A stretch of DNA of 64,000 bases from Eledone cirrhosa (GCA_964016885.1 OZ024761.1:25978001-26042000), one strand, 5' to 3'; shown: positions 15,372 to 29,033, numbered from the stretch's first letter. Translations and numbers: made by a program. Notes: generated from the sequence alone by a model not told the origin.

Positions 15372-15569
15372 TATACATATATATATATATATGTGTATAT
15401 ATATAGATAAATAAATATACACGGGTGTGTATGATTGTGTATAGAAGATTATATTAATAAGAGGAATTCAAACTTTGTCTGATTTACTCGTTTTATTTAC
15501 AATCCTTTAAAATTTATAATGGTATTATAATGAAATAGTATGATAGAATATTAAATTCTAAGTGTTAAT

Positions 15570-15608
15570 TGAACAAGTACTTTCATGCTTTCGCAATCTT
15601 CAGGTTCA
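15570..15608 (-). ncRNA. Minimal type-I hammerhead ribozyme motif
   Basis: Minus strand reads tgaac CTGAAGA ttgcgaaagcat GAAA gtac TT gttca. Stem I is 5 bp, stem II is tgc-GAAA-gca, and stem III is palindromic. Confidence 0.7.
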
Positions 15609-15641
15609 TAATATGTGGTGACAGTCAAGTTTGCAATTTTC

Positions 15642-15676
15642 AACCTGAAGATTGCGAAAGCATGAAAGTACTTGTT
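15642..15676 (+). ncRNA. Minimal type-I hammerhead ribozyme motif (mirror copy, 3-bp stem I)
   Basis: aac CTGAAGA ttgcgaaagcat GAAA gtac TT gtt. Confidence 0.6.
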
Positions 15677-16270
15677 CAATTAACACTTAGAATTTAATAT
15701 TCTATCATACTATTTCATTATAATACCATTATAAATTTTAAAGGATTGTAAATAAAACGAGTAAATCAGACAAAGTTGGAATTCCTCTTATTAATATATA
15801 TATATATATGCGACTACTCTGCCGTATTTCTGATTGCAGTCCTTCCGTTTTCCAAGCTGTACGCCGTCATATAAGTTGTTATCCTTGTTCAGTTTTACAA
15901 GAACTATGCTGTAGAAGTTCTATAAAAATCAAGATTATATCGTCTGAATGATAGGTATATATCTATATATCATCTCATGCGGGCGATTCTTATTTGGGAT
16001 GCTTTCTGATTGGTAGTATCTGTAGTACCTCAGAAACTAGGCTTCGTGGTATAGAGCTACGGCTTTTTTTTTTGTCAAAACTTCACCGTGAATAGTTTTT
16101 CCTTCGATCCGTAGTGGTCGGTAAATTAAAGTATAACAGTAACAGATTTGTGTAGATATAATAGACTTTCTCCTTTACCAATATTGATGGGTTTGTATCT
16201 AAATCATAAAACTTTATTTGGGATGGTGAGATACGCTGCTAAAATATGAGGAAACCTTCATTATTATAAG

Positions 16271-16467
16271 TGGAGGGTGGATTGGCAATATCGGTAGAGG
16301 GTCGGACGCTATGCTTTGACGCATAGAGTTACGGCTCTTGCCATTCTGAGTTCGAATCCCGCCGAGGTTAACTTTGCCTTTCATCCTTACGGGGTCGATA
16401 AAATAAAGTACCAGTAATGCACTGGGTAAATGCTAGCCTTGTGCCAAACAGGAGAAACAATTATTAT
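16271..16467 (+). mobile_element. tRNA-derived SINE, family A
   Basis: B-box gagttcgaatccc, consensus body and tail. Confidence 0.9.
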
Positions 16468-16609
16468 TCCTGGAATGTCGGGGGGGGGGGGATATAGAAA
16501 CGCAGTTGCTATTTCTAGCATTATGGAGACCTAACACATTGTTTCGTGAAATTAACCTCCCAGGAAGCATTCTGATTTGAACGTCCACCGAGATTTTAAT
16601 TTTCCAGCG

Positions 16610-16800
16610 CATCTCCCTTACTACCTTCCGGGAAAACCTCTTCTCAATTATGTCCGCCGGGATTGTGGGGAGGCCAGCATATGGGACCCCATTTTCTCAC
16701 TCTACATGAAAATGGGGAGGGCTAGAGAGATGAAAGCGATGAAGTGAGAGTTCGGCTCTTCCCCGTTCGGACCATATCCTTGTGGTTGTGTTCATTTTCC
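16610..16800. repeat. Dispersed GC-richer repeat (family E), homologous to 35590-35760
   Basis: Shares tgtccgccgg...tgtggggagg.cagca...ggaccccattt...atggggagggc.agag with the 35.6-kb copy. Confidence 0.65.
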
Positions 16801-17851
16801 GTTTGCTCTATATTCTTTTGGATGGAGATGTCAACGAAGGTACAAGACCGGCGACGTCATGGTTTCCTCTCCTAGTTCGACTTTCTTAGATGTTCCGGTC
16901 AATCTAATGAAGGAGAGCCACGTGGCATTCTATGGCTGCACGTAACTGCATGACTACAGAAATCTCTTTAGCAAAATCATAACACATACGACCAAGTCAA
17001 ACTCGATTTTCAGTGCTAGTTATGTTTAGACTAATTTATAGTAGTTAAACTTGTCGTTCATATAAATAAGAATTGGTTTAACATACAGAAAAGAAAAAAG
17101 CTGCTTTGGAAAACACAATAAATGCCATAAATGAGGAAAAATGAGGGAAATAGCAAGATCTGCTAGCCAAAAGAAGAAAGAAAGCGGGAAGCGGAAATTA
17201 TGTCAGACACTACACCTAGGTCAGAGTGGCGTTTAGGCTGCGCCCCACGGAGAAACGCTGCAACAGACAACACAACTCCCAGGTCTCTTTCCTCTTAAAT
17301 AACAATATCTTCACGAAAAGTTAAATAATAACGTAGTAAATTTTACGTCAAACTGAATCGGTTTATGACGGTAATAGGTGATCGGTCAGCAAGCATAAGA
17401 TACCAGAGTATTTATCGCAAGACATTCAATGATATAAATAGTAGTTTAATAGAATGGATATATATAGAAAAAAATCTCTAACTCGTTTGATACCAACACT
17501 GTTTAGACTTGTTCACGTTGTATGACAATAACATACGTATTTTAAAGGGCGTTCTCTCTTCTTCTTCGCTAATAATTTTAACATAATTTTATTTGAGAAA
17601 CCATTGTTAAATTAATATTTTATTAATGTAATATTTAATAATTGTATTAAGATCATCTAAATACTCCATTAATACATGGACGTGTAGTAATATATTACAT
17701 TCGTATTAGGATCACGACGGTGTGAATCAAAGCTGATAGATGTTAGCTTTAAAAGAAGCAGCTGTTTGAATCAATAGGTAACAGGTCTCCAAGCATATAA
17801 AAGCATGGTACTTAACATGTTACATTCGTTATCGTTTCACAGAGAACGACC

Positions 17852-17902
<51 letters not shown>

Positions 17903-18471
17903 AGTATATTTGTATATATATAGGTATATATATATGTGTGTGTGTGTGTACGTATATAGATAGACAATTATACGTCTAAATATATATACGTTCATTTATA
18001 TATATATATTTGTGCGTGTGTGTGTTTGTGTGTGTAAATACATGTGTGTGTGCATAAATATATGTGTGTGTATATGTGAGTATATGTGTGTATCTCAAGT
18101 GATGCTTTCAAAACATCATTAATGTTTGTCATAGATAATATAACAATTAATCTAGAACTCTATAAGACATTCAAACTAGTATTGATTTCACGATGTTTCC
18201 TCTTTGGTAGTTAGTCTCTAGCTAGATAGAGAGAAGGACAGGGTGAAAGAGAGAGAGTGAGAGAGGTTTGGGGTAGAGAGACGGAAATAATGTTGACGAA
18301 AAAAGGGGCAAGAGGGAGAGGCAGTGAGAGGGATATATATACAAACAAACACACATACATACATACAAACGGATTATCGCACATATACTTATATACAAGC
18401 TTACATTCTTTTACACATATAAATATTTGTATATGTATATATTACCCCGTGTTAACTACTCTTATTTGATA

Positions 18472-18645
18472 TAATATAGAAATGGCTTGTACAGCACTAG
18501 AACTGTTTCATTCGGGAGAAATGATCAGGCTTCCTGGTGATTTCTCTCGAATGAAACAGTTCTAGTGCTGTAGAATCCATTTCTATATTAAATATTTATC
18601 TCTCTGCTATGTATTGAGTACCTTACTTACTGTGGTTCCCCTGGA
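18472..18645. mobile_element. Inverted repeat (about 58-bp arms, 3-nt loop) with decayed hammerhead cores, Penelope-like terminus
   Basis: 18472-18529 pairs with 18533-18590. The + arm reads CTGGTGA tttctctcgaat GAAA cagt TC and the - arm has CTGATCA. Downstream gtattgagtac is shared with family B. Confidence 0.65.
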
Positions 18646-18754
18646 AAAAAATTATATATATATATATATATATATGTGGGTGAGCTGAAATTTTCGAAGG
18701 CTGACCGCAGCTAGGGCTGTGAAATCTTGCGTACATTACTCTCAACTCCTATTA

Positions 18755-18853
18755 ATAACTGTTTCTATTTTTGGTACAAGGCTAGCAATTACCAAGTGAA
18801 TTACTGGTACTTTATTCTATCGACCCCGGAAGGATGAAAGGCAAAGTTAACCT
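18755..18853 (-). mobile_element. Family A SINE, 3' half
   Basis: ttactggtactttattctatcgaccccggaaggatgaaaggcaaagttaacct. Confidence 0.8.
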
Positions 18854-18980
18854 TCTATTAATAAGGTCAGTGTTTCTTTCCGAGGACTATGATGAAAAAG
18901 AAACACCATTTGTTTATTCCATGAAAGTATCTTGGTCAGCCTATGAACTTCGTCTCTCTCTATATATATGCCACACACAT

Positions 18981-19017
<37 letters not shown>

Positions 19018-19025
19018 ACACACAT

Positions 19026-19057
<32 letters not shown>

Positions 19058-19098
19058 GGAAGACGAAGCAAGTCGAAGAGAAGACACATAGCTTCGTT

Positions 19099-19139
<41 letters not shown>

Positions 19140-19663
19140 TACACACAGCTGCATAGCAGATATACATTCTTCCATGAGTATGTGTGTTATATGCTGTGTC
19201 AAATCACAATATTACAAGTATATGATGATATGTATACGATATGTTATAAGTATATGATGTTTTATATGTATCGCATTATCGACTGGTCTTTCTAAGTTCA
19301 TGTGGATGATTGAGCACACTAACATCAACTAGACGAGTGTTACAGTATAGATAAGAGTTGTTTTCCCCTCTTTTAATATCTACTTGAATGTGCCAACTAT
19401 ATTTATATTTATTTATATTTATATCATGATTTATTGGTCAAGTTTCGTCAGACAAAAATAAACCATTTTATACATACATACATACATACATACTCATACA
19501 TAATGCAGGCACACGTACCTGTCTCTCTCTCTCTCTCTCTGTATATATACATATATATTTATATATATATATACATATGTGTATATGTACATACATGCAT
19601 AATGATTATAGCTTGGTAGATATCTTCAAACTAGAGAGCAACTGAAATTCGTAGAACGAGATT

Positions 19664-19712
<49 letters not shown>

Positions 19713-19949
19713 CTCAGAAAGAAATCAACTAAAATCGTCAAAATTTGAGAGGGTTAATCGTCAAAGTTTCTAATCAACCCAGTCGATGATTCTCTCATAT
19801 CTACCCCCTGGTTTAAGAACCATAGGTCCAATTAAAGTTGAACTCTCCACTGACCATCGTGACAGGGGAGCACTAATGACGTGATACAAAGACAGTTTGA
19901 CAACATCCCCTGATGCCTCTAAATCCGACCATCACCGCTTCTCCACACT

Positions 19950-20440
19950 AGATGAGAATCATGAGGCATGAGGTGTCAGCATCACGTATACTGTCCCCTC
20001 CTTCGAAAACACCCTTCGAGGCACCCTCAATGACAGAATGCAGAGGAGATAGAACCATAACATCCAGTCACTCACTGGGAAGAAAAACTTAAACACCTAT
20101 CTGTAACAACAATGGAGCTATAGGCGAGCGAGGCACTGCTCCCCAGGAGCATATACAAACTATGCAGTGTGGAAATGACTAAACAGATTAAGATCTTGTG
20201 TTGGACGTACGAAGGTCACTCTTGCAAAATGGGGATATTTAAAGGTTGGGGACGTTGTGTGTGATGGCGGCATTGAAACACTGATTACGCAGCACCTCCT
20301 GATATGCCCCCTGCTGGAACACCCCTTCACAACATTGGACTTGGCAGAGTTTAATGAGAAAGGACAGCATTGTACTCACCTGTGGCGGAACCACATCTAA
20401 CCAAGCTTTGTAACTGTCACTCTTATGGACACGACGAGAA
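19950..20440 (+). mobile_element. Decayed non-LTR retrotransposon 3' end (Vingi/I-group-like, CCHC-type C terminus)
   Basis: The frame from 20167 reads VWK*LNRLRSCVGRTKVTLAKWGYLKVGDVVCDGGIETLITQHLLICPLLEHPFTT...LWRNHI*, matching the LNRLRTG.GR...KWG...C.CG...H...CP pattern. The 5' limit is uncertain. Confidence 0.7.
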
Positions 20441-20835
20441 GAATGGGAGGCGTTGTGTGTGACTGTGGCATCGAACCACACTACGCAGCACCTCCTGATA
20501 TTCCCCATGCTGGAACACCCCTTCACAACATTAGATTTGGCAGACTTTAATGAAAAAGGACAGCAATGTGTTCAGCGGAACGACATCTAGGCAAGCTTTG
20601 TAACTGACACTTTTGTGGACACAAGAATGATGGTGGCGTGTGTGACTGTGGCCTCGAACCACTGACTAGCAGCACTTCCTCATATGCCCCCTGCTGGAAC
20701 ACCCCTGCTGGAACACCCCTGCACAACATTGCACTTGGCAGAGTTTAATGAGAAAAGAGAGCAATGTGTTCTGCTGTGGCAGAACCACATCTAGCCAAGC
20801 CTTGTAACTAACATACTTGTGGACACGACATGAAG
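20250..20835 (+). repeat. Tandem triplication (about 190-bp unit) of the LINE 3' end
   Basis: tgtgtga.tgtggc...gcagcacctcctgatat.cccc...acatcta...tgtaact...tggacac occurs three times. Confidence 0.85.
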
Positions 20836-21305
20836 TTGATTTAATCCTTACTAGACTTTCAACTGCAGCCAGCGTGGCCATGCCGGCTTGTCTCTCTTTA
20901 ACCTGAACAGCCACAAGCCTGCCTGCACTCAAAGTAGGCCACCTTCTTCACAATATTCGAGCAATTAAAGTAATAGGGAATATACTACTTAACTTAAACG
21001 TCAGCTCTATTTAATATAATGGCGTGTTAAAAGTAATTGTAAGATGGGAAATTAACATTGCTAATGATTTTCTCTTCCGTTATCAATTAGAAAGCTGTCA
21101 AATATTTAGCTTTTGGAAGAAGAGTCCCTCACGTTGAGTCAAATATATTTACATATGTTACAATAATTGTGTATATATATATATATATGCACCTATATAT
21201 ATACATGGGCACACACATATATATATATATATATATATGCATATATATATATTTACATATGTGCACATATAAATATACATATATGCACACATATATATAC
21301 ATATG

Positions 21306-21337
<32 letters not shown>

Positions 21338-22892
21338 CTCATATGTGCACACGTATATATATGGATGCGATAGAATGGGATACGTGTGTATAAGTATATA
21401 TGTACGTGTGTGAGTGTGTGCGTGTGTGTGAGAAAGAGAAAATGCGAGTGAGAGTGATAGATATAAGTATAAGTATGTATGCACGCATGTATGTGTGTGT
21501 GTATTAGTGTGTTTGTGTGTATGTAAGCATGTATGTATGAGTTTGCATGTATGTATGTGTTTGTATGTATTTGTGTGTATGTGTGTGTATGAGTTTATGT
21601 ATGTATGTATGTGTTTGTATGAATGTATTTGTGTGTATGTGTGTGTATGAGTTTGCATGTATGTATGTGTTTGTATGTATGTATGTGTTTGTATGTATGT
21701 ATGTGTTTGTATGTATGTATTTGTGAGTATGTGTGTGTATGAGTTTATGTATGTATGTATGTGTTTGTATGTATGTATTTGTGAGTATGTGTGTGTATGA
21801 GTTTGCATGTATGTATGTGTTTGTATGTATGCATTTGTGAGTATGTGTGTGTATAAGTTTGCATGTATATATGTGTTTGTATGTATGCATTTGTTTGTAT
21901 GTGTGTGTATGATTTTGTATGTATGTGTTTGTATGTATGTGTATGAGTTTGCATGTATGCATGTGTTTGTATGTATGTATTTGTGTGTATGTGTGTGTAT
22001 GAGTTTGTATGTATGTATGTTTCTGCATACACCGATTTATTTGGTAAAATAGGTTCTGAATGTTGTTAGATTTCTCTTTTTTTCTTCTGTCTATTCTATT
22101 TCAAATGTGGCACATTTAATTCCATTCCATTCCTGGGAATCAGACCGTGACAAATTAGTATCGAATTGAAGTAGGCGTTGATCTATAAGACAATCTCTGA
22201 ATCTACAAATTTCATTGAAAGAAGGACTGGCAATTTAGACTTGTCTGATAGCGTGTCAAAACGGTCTTCGTTATTTCCTTCTAAATAACACAGACACAAT
22301 TTATTTCTATCAACGCTTTGTTTTAACTTTTAACCATGGTAGACGTGATTAAGTATCTAATACTTTTTGATGCTTGCTTTATCCCTGCAGGCCGAATCAT
22401 TGGTATATTTGTCTGCAATCTTAAATTGTCTTGTCAGCGGCACTGAAATGTACTTTCTTTCTCTTTTTTTTTATTTTCGGTCGAGATTATTAACTCTTTC
22501 GTTACGATAATTCTAAGGAAAGGTGCTGTCTATTATTTCCAAATACTTTTGAAAATAATGAAGGATTTAGAGGGAAATAATAAAATAACTAAATTTTATG
22601 TTTCAAACTCGTGTTTTTTTACATAACTTACCAGCGTTTCTAGGATATAATTAAGAGGAAAGATTTTTAAAACGTTTATTACTATAATTCTAATTGAAGA
22701 AACTGTCTCCGAACAATTTTCTTTTAATATAATCAAAATTGTTTTAGTTATTTATTACTGCCAGGACCTTATTAATCTCTCTGATAGCAAGAGTTCTGAA
22801 ATCGTTATTGGTTCTATGATGGAAGATTCCACAATTTAAAGTGTATATATCATTCTAAGACACTTACATCATAATATTATTTATGGATATGA

Positions 22893-23202
22893 TCCGAGTT
22901 CAAAGTCGCCGAGGTTAATTTTGCCTTTCATCCTTACGGGATCATAAAATAATGAACCACTAATTCACTGAGATAATTGCTGGCCTTGTGCCAAAATTAG
23001 AAACAATTATTGATGTGGTGGATTGGCAGTATCGGCTGAGGGTCGGATGTCATGCTTTTCAGCATAGAGTTACGGTCTTTTACTGCCTGTGTTCAAATCT
23101 CATCGAGGTTAACTTTGCCTTTCTTCCTTACGGGGTCGATAAAATAAAGCACCAGTAATGCACTGGGGTAATTGCTGGCCTTGTGCCAAAAGTAGAAACA
23201 AT
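22893..23202 (+). mobile_element. Two tandem family A SINEs (5'-truncated plus full-length)
   Basis: Bodies at 22893-23011 and 23015-23202. Confidence 0.85.
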
Positions 23203-23801
23203 CTAATAAGGATGAAGTTAAATATATTACTGAATTCTCGAGCATTGGTTCAAACATATGTTTGTAGGCCTCTGTGAGATTGTGTGTGTGTGTGTGTACG
23301 TGTATAAATATGTGTGTATATGTATGTATTTATATATACATGAATGTATAATTTTTATAGAAAAATTGGCGATAGATTCTAGAACCTCATGGCCATTGAC
23401 GGCTGCGGAAATGAATGTTCATAGCTCCGTTCATTACGAATATACACATGGTTAGCACTTTGAGACAAATTTTCCAGGATACAAATTGAAAACCTCATCT
23501 CACTGAGTAAGTAATTGTGAGCAAACAGGTTTATGGTAAATACTCACTATAACGTTGTCAATATATATATATAATTTTTCCTGAGTTCAGTTTTTTTCGT
23601 CTCTATGGTCTCCGCGGCACGTCTATCAGTCGCTGTATTTGATTTGCAAAGCTGTCTAAACGTAATGTTATAATTCTGGGGTAATATTCTCTATTGAGTG
23701 CTTAGCTGCACACCGAATCTACATTCGTTAGCATGGCTGCTGCCAAAAGCTTCGTTGATGCTGTACTAAAATTTGTATATCTATATATATAATTCAATTT
23801 C

Positions 23802-23833
<32 letters not shown>

Positions 23834-23835
<2 letters not shown>

Positions 23836-23990
23836 CGAAGGAAATGTGGTAAGGAACCAGGTGGACCATAACGCACCAATGTACTCAATACTTAGGGTAG
23901 TAGAGTGGGTAATAGGAACGAGTAGGACCCTGACGGCTGAGCTCAAGCCGTTTCGACGGCTAATTCTGAACTAGCTTTAGTCCAGAATCA
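23834..23990 (+). mobile_element. Family B element
   Basis: Consensus long arm after (TA)n, ending attctgaactagctttagtccagaat (hairpin). Confidence 0.8.
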
Positions 23991-24369
23991 GGAATGAGAG
24001 GGAATGAGAGTGAGATTACTGAATTATATAAATAAAGTAATACTCATGTATGAAATTAGATTTATTCTTAAAAGTACATGATGGTGTGTTTGATAAATCT
24101 AGAGAATACTCAATGGGAACGTATTTCATAGTTGATATGCATCATATGTTAGTAAAGAGAGGTTTTATGAAGTCATTCAGTACTTTCTAAATTTGGTATT
24201 GAATGTAATGGAAGGTATTGGAAGGTAGGTAAATTACTTGCTTTATTCCAGGTAAAGAATATCAAAATATCCATATTTCCATGATGACATATCTGAGTGT
24301 ATATGTAAATGTGTGTGTGAGCTTCTATGTGGATGTATGTTAGTGTACATAAATATATATATATATATT

Positions 24370-24403
<34 letters not shown>

Positions 24404-24887
24404 TGTATGTCTGTGATTGGATGTGTGTGGTTGTATGTGAAGTATGTATGTGTATATATATATATATACACATATCCATATATATATATATATATATATA
24501 TATGGGGCTGTGTGTGCCCATATACATATATATATATATATAAATATATATAAATATATATATATATATATAAATATATATATGTGTGTGTGTGTGTATA
24601 TATGTGTGTGTGAGTGTATGTAAACACATTTCACGCGGACGCATCCATCAATATAGATATATAACTTCATATATATGAAAGTATTTGTGCACGCATAATC
24701 AATCGGATTCCCACACACGCACATATATATATATATATATATATATAAATATACACACCCACATATACACACCCACGTATATATATACATGCATACACAC
24801 ACATACACACACATATATATATATATATATATACACACCCACATATATATATACATGCATACACACACACACACATATGTATATATG

Positions 24888-24918
<31 letters not shown>

Positions 24919-25312
24919 TTATACACAAACACACACACACACACACACTCTCACACACATTTGTGGACAGGGATAATAGAATGGTATACGTGTCCTGATA
25001 TAAAGATCCGGAATGATCACGTGGATTTATGGGAATTTGCTACTACCATTAATGCAACAGGAATATCTTTAATGTACATGGCAATTTTCTTCAGATAATA
25101 AATTCCCCCAGCAGACTTAAAATGCGGTATTTAAGAAAGCCATTAATAAAGGCATTATACAATACTGAAATATGTAGATATTTAATTATATTTTCTGCGG
25201 GGTATTCCGCTTATACTTATAGCTGCATTTATATGTGAAGATTATATATATATATATATATATATATATACCAAAGGAAAATAGAAATAACAAAGCAAAC
25301 GAGACATATGTC

Positions 25313-25390
<78 letters not shown>

Positions 25391-26183
25391 TATATATATA
25401 CACATATATATATATACACACACACATATATATATACACACACATATATATACATACATATATATATATACATACATACATATATATATATACATACATA
25501 CATATATATACATACATACATACATATATATATATACATACATACATATATATATATACATACATACATATATATATATACATACATACATATATATACA
25601 TACATACATATATATACATACATACATATATATACATACATACATATATATACATACATACATATATATATATACATACATATATATATATACATAATAC
25701 ATATATATATATACATACATACATATATATATACATAATACATATATATATATACATACATATATATATATATATATACATACATACATATACATACACA
25801 TATATATATATACATACATACTTATACATACACATATATACATACATACATACATACATATACATACATATATACATACATACATATACATACACATATA
25901 TATATACATACATACACATACACATATATATATACATACATACATATACATACACATATATATATACATACATACACATACACATATATATATACATACA
26001 TACATATACATACATATATAAATATATATATACATACATATATATATATATACATACATATATATATATACATACATACATATATATATACATACATATA
26101 CATACACATATATATATACATACATACATATACATACACATATATACATACATACATACATACATACATACATACATACATAC

Positions 26184-26510
26184 AGGAGAAGGAGGACATC
26201 TACGGACCATTGATGAGGAGTTTACAAATCCAGTATCCAAGATACACCTTTAGCTTCATACCCATCATCATTGGTGCTACGGGTTATATACCAAACCGCT
26301 TGGACCAAAGTATGACCGAACTTGGATTTGCGGACAAAAAGCGCAGCTCCCTAATTCATAGTCTACAAATGGCTGCGATAGCTGGCACCTTCAAAATATG
26401 CAAAACATTCTTGCGATTCAAGGGATGACAATTTCTTTTCTTTTACAACCTTGCCACCAGGAAGGTGGCCGGTCAAAAAAATATACTCGAAATTAAGAGA
26501 AAGAGAAAAC
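26184..26510 (+). mobile_element. 3' fragment of an RLE-type non-LTR retrotransposon (R4/Dong-like) in (TACA)n
   Basis: [48 protein letters not shown]...[21 protein letters not shown] matches the C terminus of restriction-like endonuclease domains (K...Y..L, IPIVIGALG, LQ.A...GT..I). An 80-bp 3' UTR follows, with microsatellite on both sides. Confidence 0.8.
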
Positions 26511-26633
26511 ATACATATACATACATATATATATACATACATATATATATACATATACATACAGGTATATATATATATATATATATATACATACATACAT
26601 GTATATATATATACATACAGATATACATATATA

Positions 26634-27225
26634 CATGGTGGCTGCCAACTCGTTTTCGAGTACGGCCACTACTTTATATCCATGTAGGTGAACCCCTACC
26701 GATGCGCTGAACGAGTGTGACATTTTAGTCCAGCCAGCGACTTGAAAACTCTGGTACAAACACTACACTTGTGACAATTATTAACACATAGTGCTGGGTC
26801 CATGGTACATGTGACGACAAGTGCAGAGAGATCTCCAGATATAAAGCAATGCCTGTGCCGTGAAGCTTTTATAGTGAGCAAAGGTACTGCACAAAGCCAG
26901 TCCACTCTCTTAACCAAGATGATATTTACCAAAAAGAAGAACAAGTCAACATCATTGGATACCATCAGGGTTGCAGGTGTTATATCAGAGTTTTCCTTCT
27001 CCTAGAATTCTGGCTTGACAAAGGCTAAGGGGTCATATCTCCCGGTGATTTTGGATGTCCATAGACTCTTAAGAGCTCTTTTGCCCTTTGACAGGTTTTG
27101 TTTTTAGTCCTGTAGGATGTCCAAAGTCACCCTCCTCACCAAGAAACCTTGGTGGGGTTGCCAGGATAGTCGCCAACGACCCGACCATGAGACAGGTTGT
27201 ACTGGAATACATGTTACCTGTAACA
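26634..27225 (-). mobile_element. Longest copy (about 590 bp) of the RTE-type bipartite non-autonomous element, family C
   Basis: Minus strand: unique 5' part, then tctaggagaaggaaaactctg, then C2H2 remnant CSVCTRVFKSLAGLKCHTRSAHR*, then ccaccatgtata. No RT or APE coding region lies between these parts. Confidence 0.8.
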
Positions 27226-27228
27226 TAT

Positions 27229-27303
<75 letters not shown>

Positions 27304-27411
27304 CCTATACCCACATGTTTTTATGTATATATATATATTTATTTATATATATATATATATAAAATAAACTAAAAGAAATAAGTGAAATATTTAAAACAAC
27401 CAACATATACT

Positions 27412-27454
<43 letters not shown>

Positions 27455-27663
27455 GTATTATTTATTTACATAATATTTTACGTTCCATTCTAAATATTAT
27501 TTATTTTTATAACATTCCTTTTCTTATCGTTTTATCGTTTCCCTCTTATTAATTTAAACATTTTTCCTTTCGTGTCCTGCTTACTTATATTATTCACTTT
27601 TTCTTTCACTCAAAAGATCTTTAAGAAAACAATTTGACTTTTATGTATACATATATATATATA

Positions 27664-27703
<40 letters not shown>

Positions 27704-28434
27704 TATATGTATATATATATATATGTACATATATGTATATATATATATATATGTACATATACATACATTTATGTACTTATATATATATATATATGTATAT
27801 ACATATGTGTACATATATGTATATATATATATATATATATGTATATACATGTGTACATATATATACTTATGTGTACATATATATACATATATGTACATAT
27901 ATATATTTATATGTACATATATATACATATATGTACATATATATACATATACGTACATATATACATATATATATATACATATATGTACATATATATACAT
28001 ATATGTACATATATATGTATGTACAATCACTCACACACATTATTTATTGATATATATGTATACACACAGGCACATGTTCATATATAAATCTGTCTACCAG
28101 TTCTTTAATGAAATTTCAAGAGATGTTTTTTTTTAAGAAATTCAGGAAGATTTTAGAAACAATTATATAAAACGAAATATAATTTGGCAGAATAGATGAA
28201 GGATGGTGCCTGATAATTAAGTTTGGAAATCTTGTGATTCTGCTACAGGTATATTTAAATGTTCCATCTTTAGCTCTCTGATATAACATCAGGGTCTGTT
28301 TGAGCCCGTATCTTCTGGTAGGATCGTAATGGCCTCATCGTTGTGAAATACTGTCTCTTCGGCGCATTTTCAGCCTGGTGAACTTTTCTCTCACCGGGTG
28401 TGAACACAGATTTCTTCCATAGAGATGTGGTAAA

Positions 28435-28469
<35 letters not shown>

Positions 28470-28643
28470 AGAGAGAGAGAGATAGGGAGAGAGAGGCCGT
28501 GAGAGAGAGAGAAAGGCCGTGAGAGGGAGAGAAAGGCCGTGAGAGGGAGAGAGAGACCGTGTGATGGAGAGAGAGGCCGTGTGAGAGGGAGAGAAATACC
28601 GTGTGAGAGGGAGAGAAAGACCGTGTGAGTGAGAGAGAGAGTG

Positions 28644-28679
<36 letters not shown>

Positions 28680-28998
28680 CGTGAGTGAGAGAGAGAGACA
28701 TCGTGAGAGAGTGGCATTATGAATGAGTGAGAGAGAGAGAGACAGTGTGTGTGTGAGAGAGAGAGAGAGTATGGGAGTAAATAACAGATTCAGAGAGAGA
28801 GAGAGAGAGAATGAAATAGTAAACGATAAGTTTCAGTACAAGATATGTACCATTTCATTGACCTGATGCAGGACATTTTACTTCACCTTGCTCAATTTCA
28901 CCAACTATTCGGACATTTGCTGGTTCTACTAATCCCTTAAAATACCCTCAACCTCTCATTTCCAAAAGACATATATATACCTTTATATATATACACAG

Positions 28999-29033
<35 letters not shown>

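Larger units (their letters stand above)
15450..15798. mobile_element. Long inverted repeat (about 157-bp arms, 35-bp spacer), Penelope-like terminal remnant
   Basis: 15450-15606 is the reverse complement of 15642-15798, with one mismatch found by eye. Each arm carries a hammerhead core at its inner end. Confidence 0.8.

Noticed and set aside
23490-23535. Weak hairpin with a miR-87-like gtgagcaaa
   Set aside because: The match ends after 9 nt and pairing is too short for a pre-miRNA.
27060-27225. HDV-like or twister ribozyme at the 5' end of the RTE-type element
   Set aside because: Hairpins are present, but I could not fit the required pseudoknot motifs (HDV P1.1 GG and L3, or twister L4) by eye.
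28270-28430. Possible minus-strand exon (WKKSVFTPGERKVHQ...)
   Set aside because: No recognisable domain, splice pattern or partner exons.
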